Source: Amoebidium appalachense (lineage: Eukaryota > Protista > Ichthyosporea). From it: a DNA stretch of 64,000 nt. The stretch covers positions 1,089,506-1,153,505 of the forward strand of contig CAVNZM010000003.1 in assembly GCA_963693365.1 (NCBI GenBank), written 5' to 3'. The stretch's first letter is position 1, and every line of letters begins with the position of its first letter. Position numbers and translations under genes: made by a program. A model generated the notes under the pieces. The model saw only the letters and a program-made list of their open reading frames with translations, did not search any database and was not told the origin of the DNA. Below, one piece after another: positions 15,775 to 48,329 of the stretch.

Positions 15775-18700
15775 TTTATCCTTCTTCTTCTGGAATGCTC
15801 GGACACTGGGCCCCCAAAAGGGCCTCCCCCCCGGGACACTCGACGATAAAATCAGCTACATACAACAACAGACAAACAACCACACGTTTACAGTGATTTG
15901 CGAAACACAGTTTAAAAACCACCACAAATTCAACTCTACATTGGTCGACACATCCACACACCCCGGTTACGCGAAAAACCGAGGCATTATTGTACTTGCC
16001 GCACCACACGTGAGAGTGAAGTGCAAACCGGTAGCAAAAACGGAATTCTCGGTTTCTATAGAGTTTCTTTCTAATGTTTTTACTTTTGTATATTACCCAC
16101 CATCTATGTCGGTTGTCGAATTGACTCACGAGTTGTCACAGTTACCAATGTCCACTGTTATTTTAGGTGATTTTAACACGCGACTCCACCACACAGACAC
16201 ACTGCAAGTGAGTGTCGGGTACCCATCTAAGCCCCCGGAGCGTGCTATCCCTTTAGCAAGGTATGTCCAAAGTCACACTTTGCGGTTCCCTCAAATATCC
16301 CATGCCCACAACACCGACTGGGGAGTGGCCTTTTGGCCATCAACCATGTCAAAACTCTCTCTCCCTCCTAACCTCTCTAGGTCATCTGACCACTCTCCTA
16401 TCCTTTTCCTACCTAAGAGCTCCCTTGATCTGCTCCCCCCTCCCCCTCCCACCTTTCGCCTCCGTCTATCCCAGCTTAAGTCACAGTGGGGTAGAGTTGA
16501 TGTATGTGTATGCTATGCTACGAAACACCCTATATATATGCGCCTATTAGAATCTGCACAAGCCAGGCCAGATTCACATCTCGTACTAGATACATGCACT
16601 AACTTTATTGTTGATGATTTGATAGATCTCGGTGATTATGCTGGCGGTGGTAGGAAGGAATATCCCGATGCTCTCTTGTTACCAAACACCACTCCCGCTA
16701 GACTAGGTGAACCCCTGTCTCAAAAGGAAAGCTTGCGCCGGCTTGCTAGTATGAATCGATTTGGCCCCCCTGCTCGTATTATTGGTGATACCACTGGAGA
16801 CCCCCTCATAGACTCTGATAAGTATTTCTCGGAACTGTTTAAAGATAGGACCCCCGCTCAGAAACCTATTGTGTGGCCTGTAGACCCATCTATCCCCATA
16901 GAATCGATCCTCCCCTTTTTCAGTCCCGATGCCATATGGTCTGTGATATCTAGTTATAGCTCTAGTAAGTCTTGTGGACCTGATGGACTCCCTGCTGGGT
17001 TTCTTAAAATCCTTGTTCCCTCCTACCCACAAAAGGAAAGTGATCGTGCTATTAAACCTGATCTTACTATCATGTTAAGCTCTCTCTTTTCTTGGTGTGT
17101 TAAATGTGGACATGTCCCGTCATCTTGGTTAGATACCTTAGTGATCCCCATAGTTAAGAAGGACTCTGAGGGCCCCATATCATCCTTTCGCCCCATTACA
17201 CTAACCCAGGTTGTTCGTAGATTCTTTGAAGCTTGCTTACTTAGGTTATTTGCACATCACCCTAGGTTTCAATCTATTCTTCACATACACCCATGCCAAT
17301 CCGCTTTTCGTAAAAACAATTCATGTTATGTTCAAATAATGGCACTGCACGATTCTATGCAAGTTGGTGCACAATATGTTGGCTTTATTGATTGGAAAAC
17401 TGCTTACGATTCTGTCTCCCCTGGTCTCCTATGGGAAAAGCTTGCTGCACGGGGTGTACCACACTGCATTGGTGTTCTGTTAGAAGCACTCTTGTCTCAA
17501 ACCTATGGTAGAGCTGTGGTTAATGGGCATCTTTCATATGGTTTTGCTCGTACTAGAGGTCTCTTGCAGGGTTCATTGCTTAGCCCCTTTTTGTTTAACC
17601 TATTTATAGATGATTTGGCTGTCAAGATTTACGCCGAAAACGATGACCCTATTAATAACTTTCCGCCTGCACTTCTCTATGCTGATGATCTGTCCCTCCT
17701 TGCCCGTACCCCTAGACGCCTGCAAAGATTGTTCGATGTAGTGTCAGAGTGGTGCAAGGCAAACCTTATGATCCTTAACATAGACAAATGTGGTGTTCTT
17801 GTACCTGATATAGCTAACAATTTACACACATTTACATTATCATCTAAACCTGTACCTATAGTTCCAGAATACAAATATCTTGGTGTTCCGGTTGATTCTG
17901 TTGGTGTTATGTTTCCCCATATGGTCGAAAAGAGGGTAGAGTTGGCTCGTAAGCGGTTAGCTTTCTTCTCGGCTAATATTTTTAAAGACACACCCCTCCA
18001 TCCTTCTATTAGACTTACATTTATTCGCACTTTTGTCTTCCCGGCATGTGAATATGGTTTACCCCTTCTCGCCGCTTGGATCAAGAAAGAGAGAACTAGA
18101 GCGCTTAAACCCTTGGCAAATTTCCTTGAAGCAGAAGTTGCCTCCTTTCTATCTAACAACTGTTGTAAACCTGGGCCTGTAACGCTCTCGATATATGGTC
18201 TGGTCCCAATAGCTGCTAGAGTATCCTATCTCGCGCTGAAATTCAATAAGCACATAAGCCGCTTAAAGAAGTATTTGCCCTCCCACCCTCTCTTCTCTAT
18301 CCGACCTGTCCCCTCCTCACCTCTCCCCTCTTTCCTCCCCTCTCTCTCCCCTTCTCCCCTGGGCACAAATACAAATAAACCCCGCAATAGTGTGTGTGTG
18401 ACTTTGGACTGCCACTTACTTATTAAACATGTACACAATCACAAGATAATCACGCAATATAACAAATGGAAAAAGATACCACACGACACTAGACCCGATG
18501 AAAGCATACACCTTGAAAAACTAAGCCTTATGTCTCGTTTTATATATACTGACCGCCTCAACCATATTGCCAAATATGGCACTCGCAAGTGTATAACACC
18601 TAAATACATATTACCTTCCTGTAGAACTGGTCTTTCTCTAGCTGATGGTATTATTGATCAATTACCACGCTTTTACTGTACACGTGCTATACAGTGGAGA

Positions 18701-18961
18701 TCTAATAAGTATAAGGTGGCATCATTTGCATGCCCAAACAACACACACACACACCAGTTTAACCGGTCATGTATCGCCAAATGTAGTTTGATAGACCACA
18801 TAATACCGCAACACACACACGTCACATTCACAACAGACACCCAGAAAGATAGCCTACCTGTAAATTACAACATCCTTGATTTTATACTAAACACGCGTAA
18901 CTACGACCTGTTTATTAGATGTATTGATTGGCTTGAGAAACACATCACTACAAAATTATAG
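15767..18961 (+). CDS. LINE ORF2: APE-type endonuclease and reverse transcriptase (1064 aa)
   Basis: EN motifs FWNA, ICET, VYYPP, ILGDFN and SDH. RT motifs KSCGPDGL, FRPITL, QSAFR, FIDWKTAYDSV, QGSLLSPFLFNLFIDDL, LYADD and YKYLGV. C-terminal Cys/His cluster. Confidence 0.97.
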   Translation: MPNLSFFFWNARTLGPQKGLPPGTLDDKISYIQQQTNNHTFTVICETQFKNHHKFNSTLVDTSTHPGYAKNRGIIVLAAPHVRVKCKPVAKTEFSVSIEFLSNVFTFVYYPPSMSVVELTHELSQLPMSTVILGDFNTRLHHTDTLQVSVGYPSKPPERAIPLARYVQSHTLRFPQISHAHNTDWGVAFWPSTMSKLSLPPNLSRSSDHSPILFLPKSSLDLLPPPPPTFRLRLSQLKSQWGRVDVCVCYATKHPIYMRLLESAQARPDSHLVLDTCTNFIVDDLIDLGDYAGGGRKEYPDALLLPNTTPARLGEPLSQKESLRRLASMNRFGPPARIIGDTTGDPLIDSDKYFSELFKDRTPAQKPIVWPVDPSIPIESILPFFSPDAIWSVISSYSSSKSCGPDGLPAGFLKILVPSYPQKESDRAIKPDLTIMLSSLFSWCVKCGHVPSSWLDTLVIPIVKKDSEGPISSFRPITLTQVVRRFFEACLLRLFAHHPRFQSILHIHPCQSAFRKNNSCYVQIMALHDSMQVGAQYVGFIDWKTAYDSVSPGLLWEKLAARGVPHCIGVLLEALLSQTYGRAVVNGHLSYGFARTRGLLQGSLLSPFLFNLFIDDLAVKIYAENDDPINNFPPALLYADDLSLLARTPRRLQRLFDVVSEWCKANLMILNIDKCGVLVPDIANNLHTFTLSSKPVPIVPEYKYLGVPVDSVGVMFPHMVEKRVELARKRLAFFSANIFKDTPLHPSIRLTFIRTFVFPACEYGLPLLAAWIKKERTRALKPLANFLEAEVASFLSNNCCKPGPVTLSIYGLVPIAARVSYLALKFNKHISRLKKYLPSHPLFSIRPVPSSPLPSFLPSLSPSPLGTNTNKPRNSVCVTLDCHLLIKHVHNHKIITQYNKWKKIPHDTRPDESIHLEKLSLMSRFIYTDRLNHIAKYGTRKCITPKYILPSCRTGLSLADGIIDQLPRFYCTRAIQWRSNKYKVASFACPNNTHTHQFNRSCIAKCSLIDHIIPQHTHVTFTTDTQKDSLPVNYNILDFILNTRNYDLFIRCIDWLEKHITTKL

Positions 18962-18965
18962 CGCA

Positions 18966-19042
<77 letters not shown>

Positions 19043-19074
19043 CCAGCTGATACCGAGTGTCCCGAGGGGAGCCC

Positions 19075-19115
<41 letters not shown>

Positions 19116-19815
19116 GGGGAACCCCAACTAATTGATTTCTCCTTGTAGTCTTTATGGTGTCTCGTAGAGAAAGTAAACCCTGATATATAGTCACCACCCG
19201 ACATCTATGTACGTGATCATGATATACCGCTGAGGGGATATTCCGAGCAAAACCCCCCCCCCCATACCTGAGACTGGTTCTCTTTGCCTCGAGTAAACAG
19301 CGTAAACCCCCAACACTATATAGTAAACGGTGGGGCAAGTACGTTGTCATATGCATACTGTACGTTAAACAAGGCTTGGGCTGCAGTATCAAAACGGTTT
19401 GGAGGTGTATACTACAACTGCTACTATGATAGGGCTGGTTTCCACTTCGAGATTTACACAAGTCAGTCTTTACACACAAAAAAAAAAAAAGGGAGGGGGG
19501 GGGGGGGGCTAGTTTACATTACTTGTACCCAGGAGGATATCTATTGGTGTAACCAATGATCAATAAAACAAAAAAGAAAAAAAATGGAACATGCATACTA
19601 TGCCATTGGTCCCATTGGCCTCCTATGTCCCTACTTGCTCTGCCACTGTACGTACCCCTCTCCCCCTCCTCCCCCTCCCCCTTCCCCCGGCCATCTCCCT
19701 CTCGCGCTGACCCCCTACCCCTCCCCCCTCCCCCCGGCTCTTCCCCTTTCTCGACCTTCCCAGCTCACCGCAACCAGCACTACCCGCTCCACCCATCTCC
19801 CCCCCCCCCCCCCCC

Positions 19816-19847
<32 letters not shown>

Positions 19848-20614
19848 CCCTCCCCCCCCGCTCCCCAAAAACAAACGCACACCTTCACCCTTTCTTCCCC
19901 TCTCGTGTCTCTGCCTTCCCCATGGTCAGCATTCCAACCCGGGGGCCTGCATCAATTAGCTTGCCCGTGCCCGAGCCTCAGGCTCAAATTGGATTAGCTG
20001 ATACCAGAATCTAGCCCCTCTTCTTCGTTCGGCTAATTGGTAGCCCTGAAAAAAAAGAGAGTGTAAGAATGGTCTACATCGGCGGGCGACAGCGAGGGGA
20101 TAAAATGGGGCAAGGGGCGCTGGGAGGGTGGTGTTGGTGCTGGGTTGGAGGTGAAGAAAGTTGTTTTTGTATGTTTGTGTGTGTGTGTGTGTGGTGGTGG
20201 TGGTAGGGAGGGGAGGAGGGGGGAGGGGGGGGGGGGGGGAAGAAGTGGCCAGAGGAAGGAGTTTATAGATCGGTGATGGGGATGTTGGTAACTACATAGA
20301 TGGTGCTGCTTGAATATGCCTGATTAAAGAGTTATGAGTGGACAGAAGTGCTATCCGTAACTAATTTTCTTGTAATGCACATAATAAACATCCGACGTTC
20401 ATTTGTAGTAGAATGTATCTTGGCGACACATCCAGATCATTTCAACATAAACCTGTACACACTTACGAAAAAGCACAAAAACAGGCACACGTGAACACAC
20501 ATATGCACGTGCAAGCACGCACTCGCACACACACAAAAGCACAGACACACCCTCACATCATTTGCACACATGCGCGTGCGCGCGCGCTTGCACAACCACG
20601 GCCACAGACAAACT

Positions 20615-20683
<69 letters not shown>

Positions 20684-21194
20684 GCGCGCACGCACACAGA
20701 GACACACATGCACACACGTGCACGCAAACACACACACAGACACAAACACAACACAGACGCACACACACACACACCAAAAAAAAAAAAAAAAAAAAATAAC
20801 GGGGAAAAAAAAAACAAAAGAAAAAAAAAAAACCAAACTACCTTTAGGACAGTTTGTATATACGTACCGTCGGAGCGCCAATGTGTACATGTTCGTCGGT
20901 GTGTTTTCAGTTCAAGTGGAAGAAGTTCAGTTTGGGTTTACTTTGAGGTATTATGGCCCGAATGTAATTGTTTGGTACATCTTGCACTCTTTCGGATCAT
21001 ATTATTGAAAGGTGGTAGGGGGGTTTTGGGGAGGGGGGAGGGGGGAGGGGGGAGGGGGGGGGGAGTTTGGTCAGAGGTGTAATGTATGAAGGTTTTTTCT
21101 TTTTTTTTTTTTGCGGGTGGGGGGAGGTATTTGCGGTGCTAGAGGTATCGTTTAATCTTCAACGTGGCCTTGCACACGGTGCCAAAAAAACCAC

Positions 21195-21350
21195 ACTATA
21201 CTTAAGTGTGTGTTAAATCACATTAAAAATAAGTGTGTTTTAAATCACGCCATACTGAAGTGTGTTAAATCACACCAAAAATAAGTGTGTTTTAAATCAC
21301 ACCAAACATTAGTCTGTGTTAAAACACTAAAGGTGTTAAGTGTGTGTTTT
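21195..21350. repeat. Degenerate ~25-bp tandem repeat (AAGTGTGTTTTAAATCACACC-like, about 6 copies) downstream of RNase T2 copy 3
   Basis: Seen directly; the paralogous regions at ~4645-4700 and ~10165-10190 carry only 1-2 units. Confidence 0.75.
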
Positions 21351-21656
21351 TTTAAATGTACATGATTACAAATTAGATCATCAGCCACTACCCATAAGAT
21401 ACACCCGTGACCTTTGTCAGCTAAAAAGAGCGCGAAGTAGCATCGAATGTTACCTGCCGCATACCTTTTTTCAAAATCACAACTACCAAACGATTCTCTG
21501 ACGTTTGATTAATTGAGTAATGTAAAAAAACAACACCAAGCACGAGTTACTCAGTCAAACACCACTGCAAAAACAATGAACACCAACAAACCCCTCCAGG
21601 AAATTGTTGCCTTTTGTACCATCCAATCAGATGCGAGGCTTAAATCCCGCATCCAA

Positions 21657-22174
21657 TCAGTTGCGAGTGATAAACCCCGTGGCCACCTGAGCCCTTTTAA
21701 TATCAGCCTTGGACACGCCCAGGCTGCAGGCCATCTTGTCGCCACAGCCACGCTTGACGACGCCCGTAGCCTTAAAGGTGTCGAGGATGGTTGCGGTTAA
21801 GTTAAAGTAGTGCAGTTGGTCCTTGACCTCTCCGGCTGCCTGCATGCACTTGCCGTGCTTCTCCCACTCGTGGCGCCAAAAATAGTCCTGCCCACAGCCG
21901 CCCGTCTTGCACGTGGGCCAGACCTGCGCCAAAAATAGATTGTGTCAGTTTGCTCGTAAAAGCAAGACGTAAAAAAAAAAACCTTAAATAATTGAAGATC
22001 TGGCAGGAAACAAAGGTCCAAAACGAAAGACCAGTTACTTAGGGTTTTTGTTCTTTTGTAGGGTTGCAGATGAGGGGGGAGGGGAAGGGGGGGGGGGGGG
22101 GGGGAAGGGTGGGGATGAGATGGGAGGGGATGGGGGTGGGGGTGGGGGGGAAGGAGGTGGGGTGGGGGTTGTGG

Positions 22175-22268
<94 letters not shown>

Positions 22269-22883
22269 ATGTTGGCCCTGGTGGTGATGATATACGTGTT
22301 TTTCGTGTCTGTTTGTGTGTACACGCATTGGTTTGATTAAGGAGAAGGGGGGCACATTGCCAGGAATCTTCGAAGCAAATCTACATCAACGCATGAATGA
22401 ACCCACCTTCAGCAGGCGGTCGTAGACGGGGGCCAGTGCGTCCGAGTCATAGCTCTCACTGACTGCGCCCATGCACAGGCACGGATAGCCGCCCTGCGCA
22501 TAGTCGGGCCACAGCCCGTGCAGCGTCCAATCACTGCTCTGCGTGCAGCGAGACAGAGCCAACACGTACGAGAGCTCCGAGTTGGGCGCCGTGCCACACG
22601 TCTGGCAGCCACGGAACTTGCTCATGCGGCAGGAGAGCTCGGTGGGGCAGTCAGAGGAAGACTCGGGCTTGGATGGCTCGGAGGGCGTAGGGGGCTTGGA
22701 GGGCGTGGAGGGCTTGGGCTTTCTGTTCTTGTTGCGGCTCCTGCGACCGAGCTCACTTACGTAAGTGCGGGTCATGGGTGCTTCGACGCCGGGATCATCG
22801 GATGAAACCAGGCCGGAGGTGGAGTAGGAGAGGGCGGGCGCGGCAAGGAAGCCGGCGGCGAGGAGAATAGAAGACCAATGCAT
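21657..22883 (-). CDS. Secreted ribonuclease T2 family protein, copy 3 (exons 22883-22407 and 21923-21657; 247 aa)
   Basis: Same signal peptide, WTLHGLWPD and FWRHEWEKHGKC motifs, and the same phase-0 GT-AG intron as copy 1. Confidence 0.93.
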
Positions 22884-23980
22884 GTTGTTGTTGGTGTGGT
22901 AAGGAGGGCGGTGGTATTTTTATTTTTTGTTTGTGTTGCTTTGTAACGGTCGCAACTGACTGGGGTTTATGGCTCTCGAATGCTTGCTTATATATCTTGC
23001 GGAAGTGTAAGCCATGAATATGATTGGTCAATGTGGAATGCGGTGAGCCAGTTATGGAGACTGAGATCTGGATCTTTCTGGACCAATCAGAGATGTTGTT
23101 TTTTGTAACCCACAGCCCACAGATCTGAGATCTAGATCCATGTTGATGGAGCCTACTGCAGCCGAGTCCACTACACCTTGCAAAAAAAGATAAAAGAAAT
23201 AGTAGTTATGTCCTTAGTTATAAGAACACGAACATTTGGTTTTTGCTTGTGTTTTTAAATTAATATATTCCGGCAGTTTTGCATCCGAGAGACCGGGTCC
23301 GCGTTGCGAGTTATACGTATACTGTCATATGTTCACGTTGCCCGTTTCCCGGAGCTTTTATAAGGACAGAAGTATTACACCATGGCGTATGATAAGCTGA
23401 TGCAGAAAATATTCTAGTGCCTTTAGAGTATATAAAGCGAATATATATAGGGGGCAAAGTACTGGTTTGTATCCATGGCACATGTTATCGTAACATATAG
23501 GCCTAAATTAAAATTTAAATCCGATTCGAAGAACGATGACCAGACATGCATGTACTTTCGGTTCGGAAACATGAGAGCTGGTTTCTACTAATTTTACACA
23601 CATGTGTGAAGGTGGGCGGGGTGACCCATACGACGTGTTCACTCCACTGATAGAAAGCTAGCAAGTTATATTTTTCTGACAAGCATTCTTTCTTTTACAC
23701 TCTTGACACTCTTCTATTCGTATGCATTTAATACACGTTCTCTGTGTGCAGACGGCAAAAAAACAACCTCATGACAACACGGTTTGACACACGCAAAGCT
23801 CTCAGTTATGCAGTGACTTGACTCAGCACACGAAAGAAAATGCCCGAATAAGCGATAGAAATTCCTCGAACACCCACTGCCTATTGGTTCGACAACACTT
23901 TTCGTAGGGTGATGCAGTGGTGTTCGTTCCGTGACGGCAGATCTAGAGACTGCGCCGCCAAACTCGTTGAACGTTCAATA

Positions 23981-24244
23981 GAAACGTGAACGTGGAATAT
24001 GTAGACTAGAAACGTGAACGTGGAATATGTAGACTAGAAACGTGAACGTGGAATATGTAGACTAGAAACGTGAACGTGGAATATGTAGACTAGAAACGTG
24101 AACGTGGAATATGTAGACTAGAAACGTGAACGTGGAATATGTAGACTAGAAACGTGAACGTGGAATATGTAGACTAGAAACGTGAACGTGGAATATGTAG
24201 ACTAGAAACGTGAACGTGGAATATGTAGACTAGAAACGTGAACG
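23981..24244. repeat. Perfect 28-bp minisatellite GAAACGTGAACGTGGAATATGTAGACTA, 9 full copies plus a partial
   Basis: Identical head-to-tail units with no spacers. Confidence 0.97.
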
Positions 24245-24433
24245 ATCGAGGAAATGTCGGTTTGATACTAGCTAGGTAGCCAGTTGTTTTTCTAGATAGG
24301 TAACTCCGGAAACGGGCCAACCCAATGATATCGATGCGACGTCACTAAAGTTTCTTTGTTCTGGTACAAACATAAACTATGCGGGCAGGTTGCCCTAGCT
24401 GGAAGTCAGCTTTGAGTATTTTTTTTTTTTTTT

Positions 24434-24484
<51 letters not shown>

Positions 24485-24901
24485 GGTTGTTTGGGGGGGG
24501 GGGGGGGGAGGGGGGAGGAGGGGGAGGGGGAGGGGGAGGGGGGAGGGGGAAGGGGAGGGGGAAGGGGAGGGGGAGGCTGGGGGGGGGAGAGAGAGGGGGG
24601 GGGGGAGGGGAGGGGGGGGGGGGGGGGGGGAGCTCAGTAGGTAAGCAATTTGAGATGAGGGATAAAAAAAGTAAAATAAATCACAACGGTGTTGAAAAGG
24701 TTAAAGAGCTCCTATGGCCAAAGGATGAGGTATATGTTCATGCACTTGCAAGTCTTCGATGAGTGTTTGTATGGTGGGTGCGTGGGTCTGTGGAAGCGGC
24801 TGACGGCATGGCTGGTGTGATATTTACACCTAGTAGGGTTGCACTGGTTATTGTCATATATGCACGGTGTGTGTGTGTACGTGTGTTTGTGTACGTGTGC
24901 G

Positions 24902-24941
<40 letters not shown>

Positions 24942-24956
24942 AGCGTGTGTGTGTGT

Positions 24957-25007
<51 letters not shown>

Positions 25008-25048
25008 TGTGTGTGTGTGTGTGTGTCTCAGAGAGAGAGAGAGAGAGA

Positions 25049-25083
<35 letters not shown>

Positions 25084-25314
25084 CGCGCTCATGCGCTCAT
25101 GCGTGTGCACATGCTTGTGTCTCAGCGCGTGGCTTTCCACTAATACCCATGCATCTTCACTTTCCTAGTTTAATTAGACCTTGTTTATTTTCGCCTGATA
25201 TCTGATTTCAAGAGTTTTTGATCACACACATTAATGTTTCATGTAAGTCCACATTTCTGCTTAGTCAACAATGAACGGATTCCAAGTCAACACAATAGAC
25301 AATTCTTTTTCCTT

Positions 25315-25345
<31 letters not shown>

Positions 25346-25807
25346 GCGCCCGCCCCTCAAAACCAAAACCAAATGTATATAACCTATATGTACCGTACAG
25401 GTTGCTCAACGTTTTCTTGTCCTTTTCGGGTGCTGGCTTACAACACTTTGAGAAAGTCCGCTTGCTTATTCAGGAGTTCACGTTATTCATTAGATTACCC
25501 CAACACCATTTAGCCACTATGTAAACCAAAAAAAAGGAAGGAAAAAGAAAAACGAACAACAAAATACGAGGAATTTCTATCGATTTACGTGTATATGCGC
25601 GTGCGCAACTTGCCACAAAATGTGTTGCAAGGTGCTTTTGTCAGAGCAGTGCGATCGATAAAACTGACAACCGCCAAGCATCACAACATTACCTTTTATT
25701 TTTCGAGCCTTCAGAGAGCTAACAAAAGGACAAAAAAAAGAAGTGGGAGGACAGGCGGTCGCAAAACGGAAAGATGTGTGTGTTTTTGTGTGCTCGTGTG
25801 TGCATAT

Positions 25808-25932
<125 letters not shown>

Positions 25933-26099
25933 GCGCGCGCGCGCACACGCATGCACCCGTACGTGCGTGTCGTGACGACGGTGGTGGGGATGGTGTGTGT
26001 GTTGTGTGTTGGTGTGAGTGAAGAAAAAGGCGCGCGGAGAGAAGATAGAGAGGGGAGGGGAGGGGGGGGGGGGGGGGGGGGGGGGGGATATCATGCAAA

Positions 26100-46132
<20,033 letters not shown>

Positions 46133-46624
46133 GGTTGAAAAGGGATGCAGAAATAAAGCCAGAAAAGGGCATAAATGTAACGAGTGGAACGGCGGGGGAG
46201 GGGGGGGGGAGGGGGGGGGGAGGGGGGGGGGGGGAGGGGGGGGAGGAGGGGGAGGAGGGGGGAGTGGATGGACACGCAGGTAAAGAATGTGCGTGTGACT
46301 GTGTGTGTGTGTGTCTGTTTGAAGGGGGTATAGTTATGGAAGAGTTTCTAGAGTGAGTTATTTGTGAAAGACAGAAATGACCTGGTGTTTATGCGTAGGC
46401 TGAACAAGTATTGTCAAAAGCACCAACGTGCTTTGATGAGTGTGTGTTCAGTTGACCGCTGGGAAAGGCCGGGCGTGCGGACCTGTGGTTATCCTCAACG
46501 TTTTTGTTGTGCTCGGCGGATAGCTATACACCTTTATATCTATCAACGTGTATGATATATATATAATGCTTTCAACACTAGTATTATTCACCATAAGAAG
46601 CCCAGTAACACGCGGTGCTTGCAC

Positions 46625-46768
46625 ACCCAACAAAACAACTTCAAGCTTGGCCCAGCTAGTGCTGTGTGCGATGTGAGCTCCCAACCAGGGAAGACGTTTG
46701 TATTTTCGGCAGTCCCCTCCCTCGCCCAATCGAAAACAAGTATTTGGGGATTCCGGTGGACGAATGGG

Positions 46769-46807
<39 letters not shown>

Positions 46808-46837
46808 AGCTGATACCGAGTGTCCCAGGGGAGCCCG

Positions 46838-46870
<33 letters not shown>

Positions 46871-47450
46871 GGGGAACCCCAACTAATTGATTTCTCTTAG
46901 TCTTTATGGTGTCTCGTAGAGAAAGTAAACCCTGATATATATATAATCATCACCCGACATCTATGTACGTGATCATGATATACCGCTGAGGGGATATTCC
47001 GAGCAAAACCCCCCCGCATATGTTTCATCCGACCGTCGGGTGGAGAGTGCAGGCAGGTGTCTTCGGTTATTTAGGGGTGTGTATCTTGCTAATCTTTCTA
47101 ATACTGTACACCTATACAACCGTCTTAGTTTATTTCGCACATATATTCGCCCTTTGTCTGAATACGGTTGCCCTTACTAGCTATGGCACCCCCTGATACT
47201 GTTGATAATGTCCTCCAATCAATAGATGATTTCCACTATAACAACTTGTTGTAACGGTTTCTCACTGGTCTTTCCAGGGCCTATCCCTAGACGCCTGTTT
47301 GATTCTCTCTACGCACTCACACCACCATCACAACGCGTACACGAATTAGCCCTTAAATTTCACGAGCACATCACCCGCCTGTCCGCTTGTGCCCCGGACC
47401 ACCCGCCCTTCCGGCTACACGCATCCCCCCCGGCAGTGTCTACGCAATAA
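46625..47450 (+). mobile_element. Degenerate relic of a related LINE ORF2 (RT C-terminal part), interrupted by a younger insertion
   Basis: NKYLGIPVDEWG|ICF, DRRVESAGRCL, RLSLFRTYIRPLSEYGCP and RVHELALKFHEHITRL...PDHPPF align with ORF2 YKYLGVPVDSVGVMF, EKRVELARKRL, RLTFIRTFVFPACEYGLP and RVSYLALKFNKHISRL...PSHPLF; stops and frameshifts are present. Confidence 0.85.
46772..47015 (+). mobile_element. ~245-bp insertion matching the 3' end of the LINE (5'-truncated copy or SINE-like element)
   Basis: Near-identical to 18969-19263 and flanked by a GCA/GCA 3-bp direct repeat; its removal restores GAA TGG GGC ATA TGT TTC. Confidence 0.88.
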
Positions 47451-48187
47451 AAAGCGTGTAAACCCCCCCCTCGTCGACTCGAGTGTGCCGGCGAATTTTT
47501 CCGATCCTGTCAGGCGCCTTTGGCCCTTTATGTGCCTAAGAAATGTAACCCAATCATCTCGTCGGAAGCCTAAACAAACTTAGGTGTTAAAACGATGTAA
47601 ATTTGCAAGCCAGCCCGCCTGTAGGAGTCTTCACGAGGTTGACAGAGAGCAGAATAGATAAACGGACCCAAATAATTTTTGGAAGTTCTGTCTAGCTGGT
47701 GGTTTGAAATAATTTTCATGCTTTACTCTACACACAGTTTAGTGTTTCCTGCTCAAAATATGAGGACATACTTCTTATTATGATTGTCTCACAATGGCGA
47801 AGCTGGCCTTTGGCAATTATTATTAATTAAAAATTTACACCTCTCCCAGTTTGCAATATAAATAGACCGATATGCACTCAGTCTGGCAGCTAACCAGCTA
47901 CAAAAGAAAATCTGGCACTCCAATTGGGTCTGTAACTGTGCTTTAGATTTTATGAGTTCTGGCCACCACGTCTATCACGGTTTCTCAACAAGAAACCCTG
48001 GGGAACAAACGTCTTATCCTATCGCAAGTGTTAACTGCAGCTGGAGGCAAGGCTTCTAATTCATTTCATCTCACAGTCGGCTCACAAATAATAGGGAATT
48101 CATCGTGTGCCTATTATGATTCGAATCAAATCCCCCTGGTTTCGTACAGAATTTTGGTATACAGTTGGGCTCGTCCCTTCTCTAAGA

Positions 48188-48220
<33 letters not shown>

Positions 48221-48246
48221 ACACACACACACACACACGCACACAT

Positions 48247-48329
<83 letters not shown>

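Larger units (their letters stand above)
14050..19263 (+). mobile_element. Apparently full-length non-LTR (LINE-type) retrotransposon with two intact ORFs; 5' boundary uncertain
   Basis: ORF1 plus APE-RT ORF2, no LTRs, and a 3' module duplicated at 46772-47015. No confident target-site duplication was found. Confidence 0.9.

Noticed and set aside
18290-18410. Possible intron inside LINE ORF2 (CT-rich and GT-repeat stretch)
   Set aside because: The frame is open through it and there is no convincing donor site.
19265-20050. Exon-like blocks on - next to the LINE 3' end
   Set aside because: Splice-like signals exist, but no consistent spliced reading frame or recognisable product could be built.
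23981-24244. CRISPR-like array (28-bp repeats)
   Set aside because: Units are head-to-tail with no spacers, there are no cas genes, and the context is eukaryotic.
46458-46472. TGGGAAAGGCCGGG shared with the 480-bp repeat (WERPGV in the ORF track)
   Set aside because: Only ~14 nt match with no flanking similarity.
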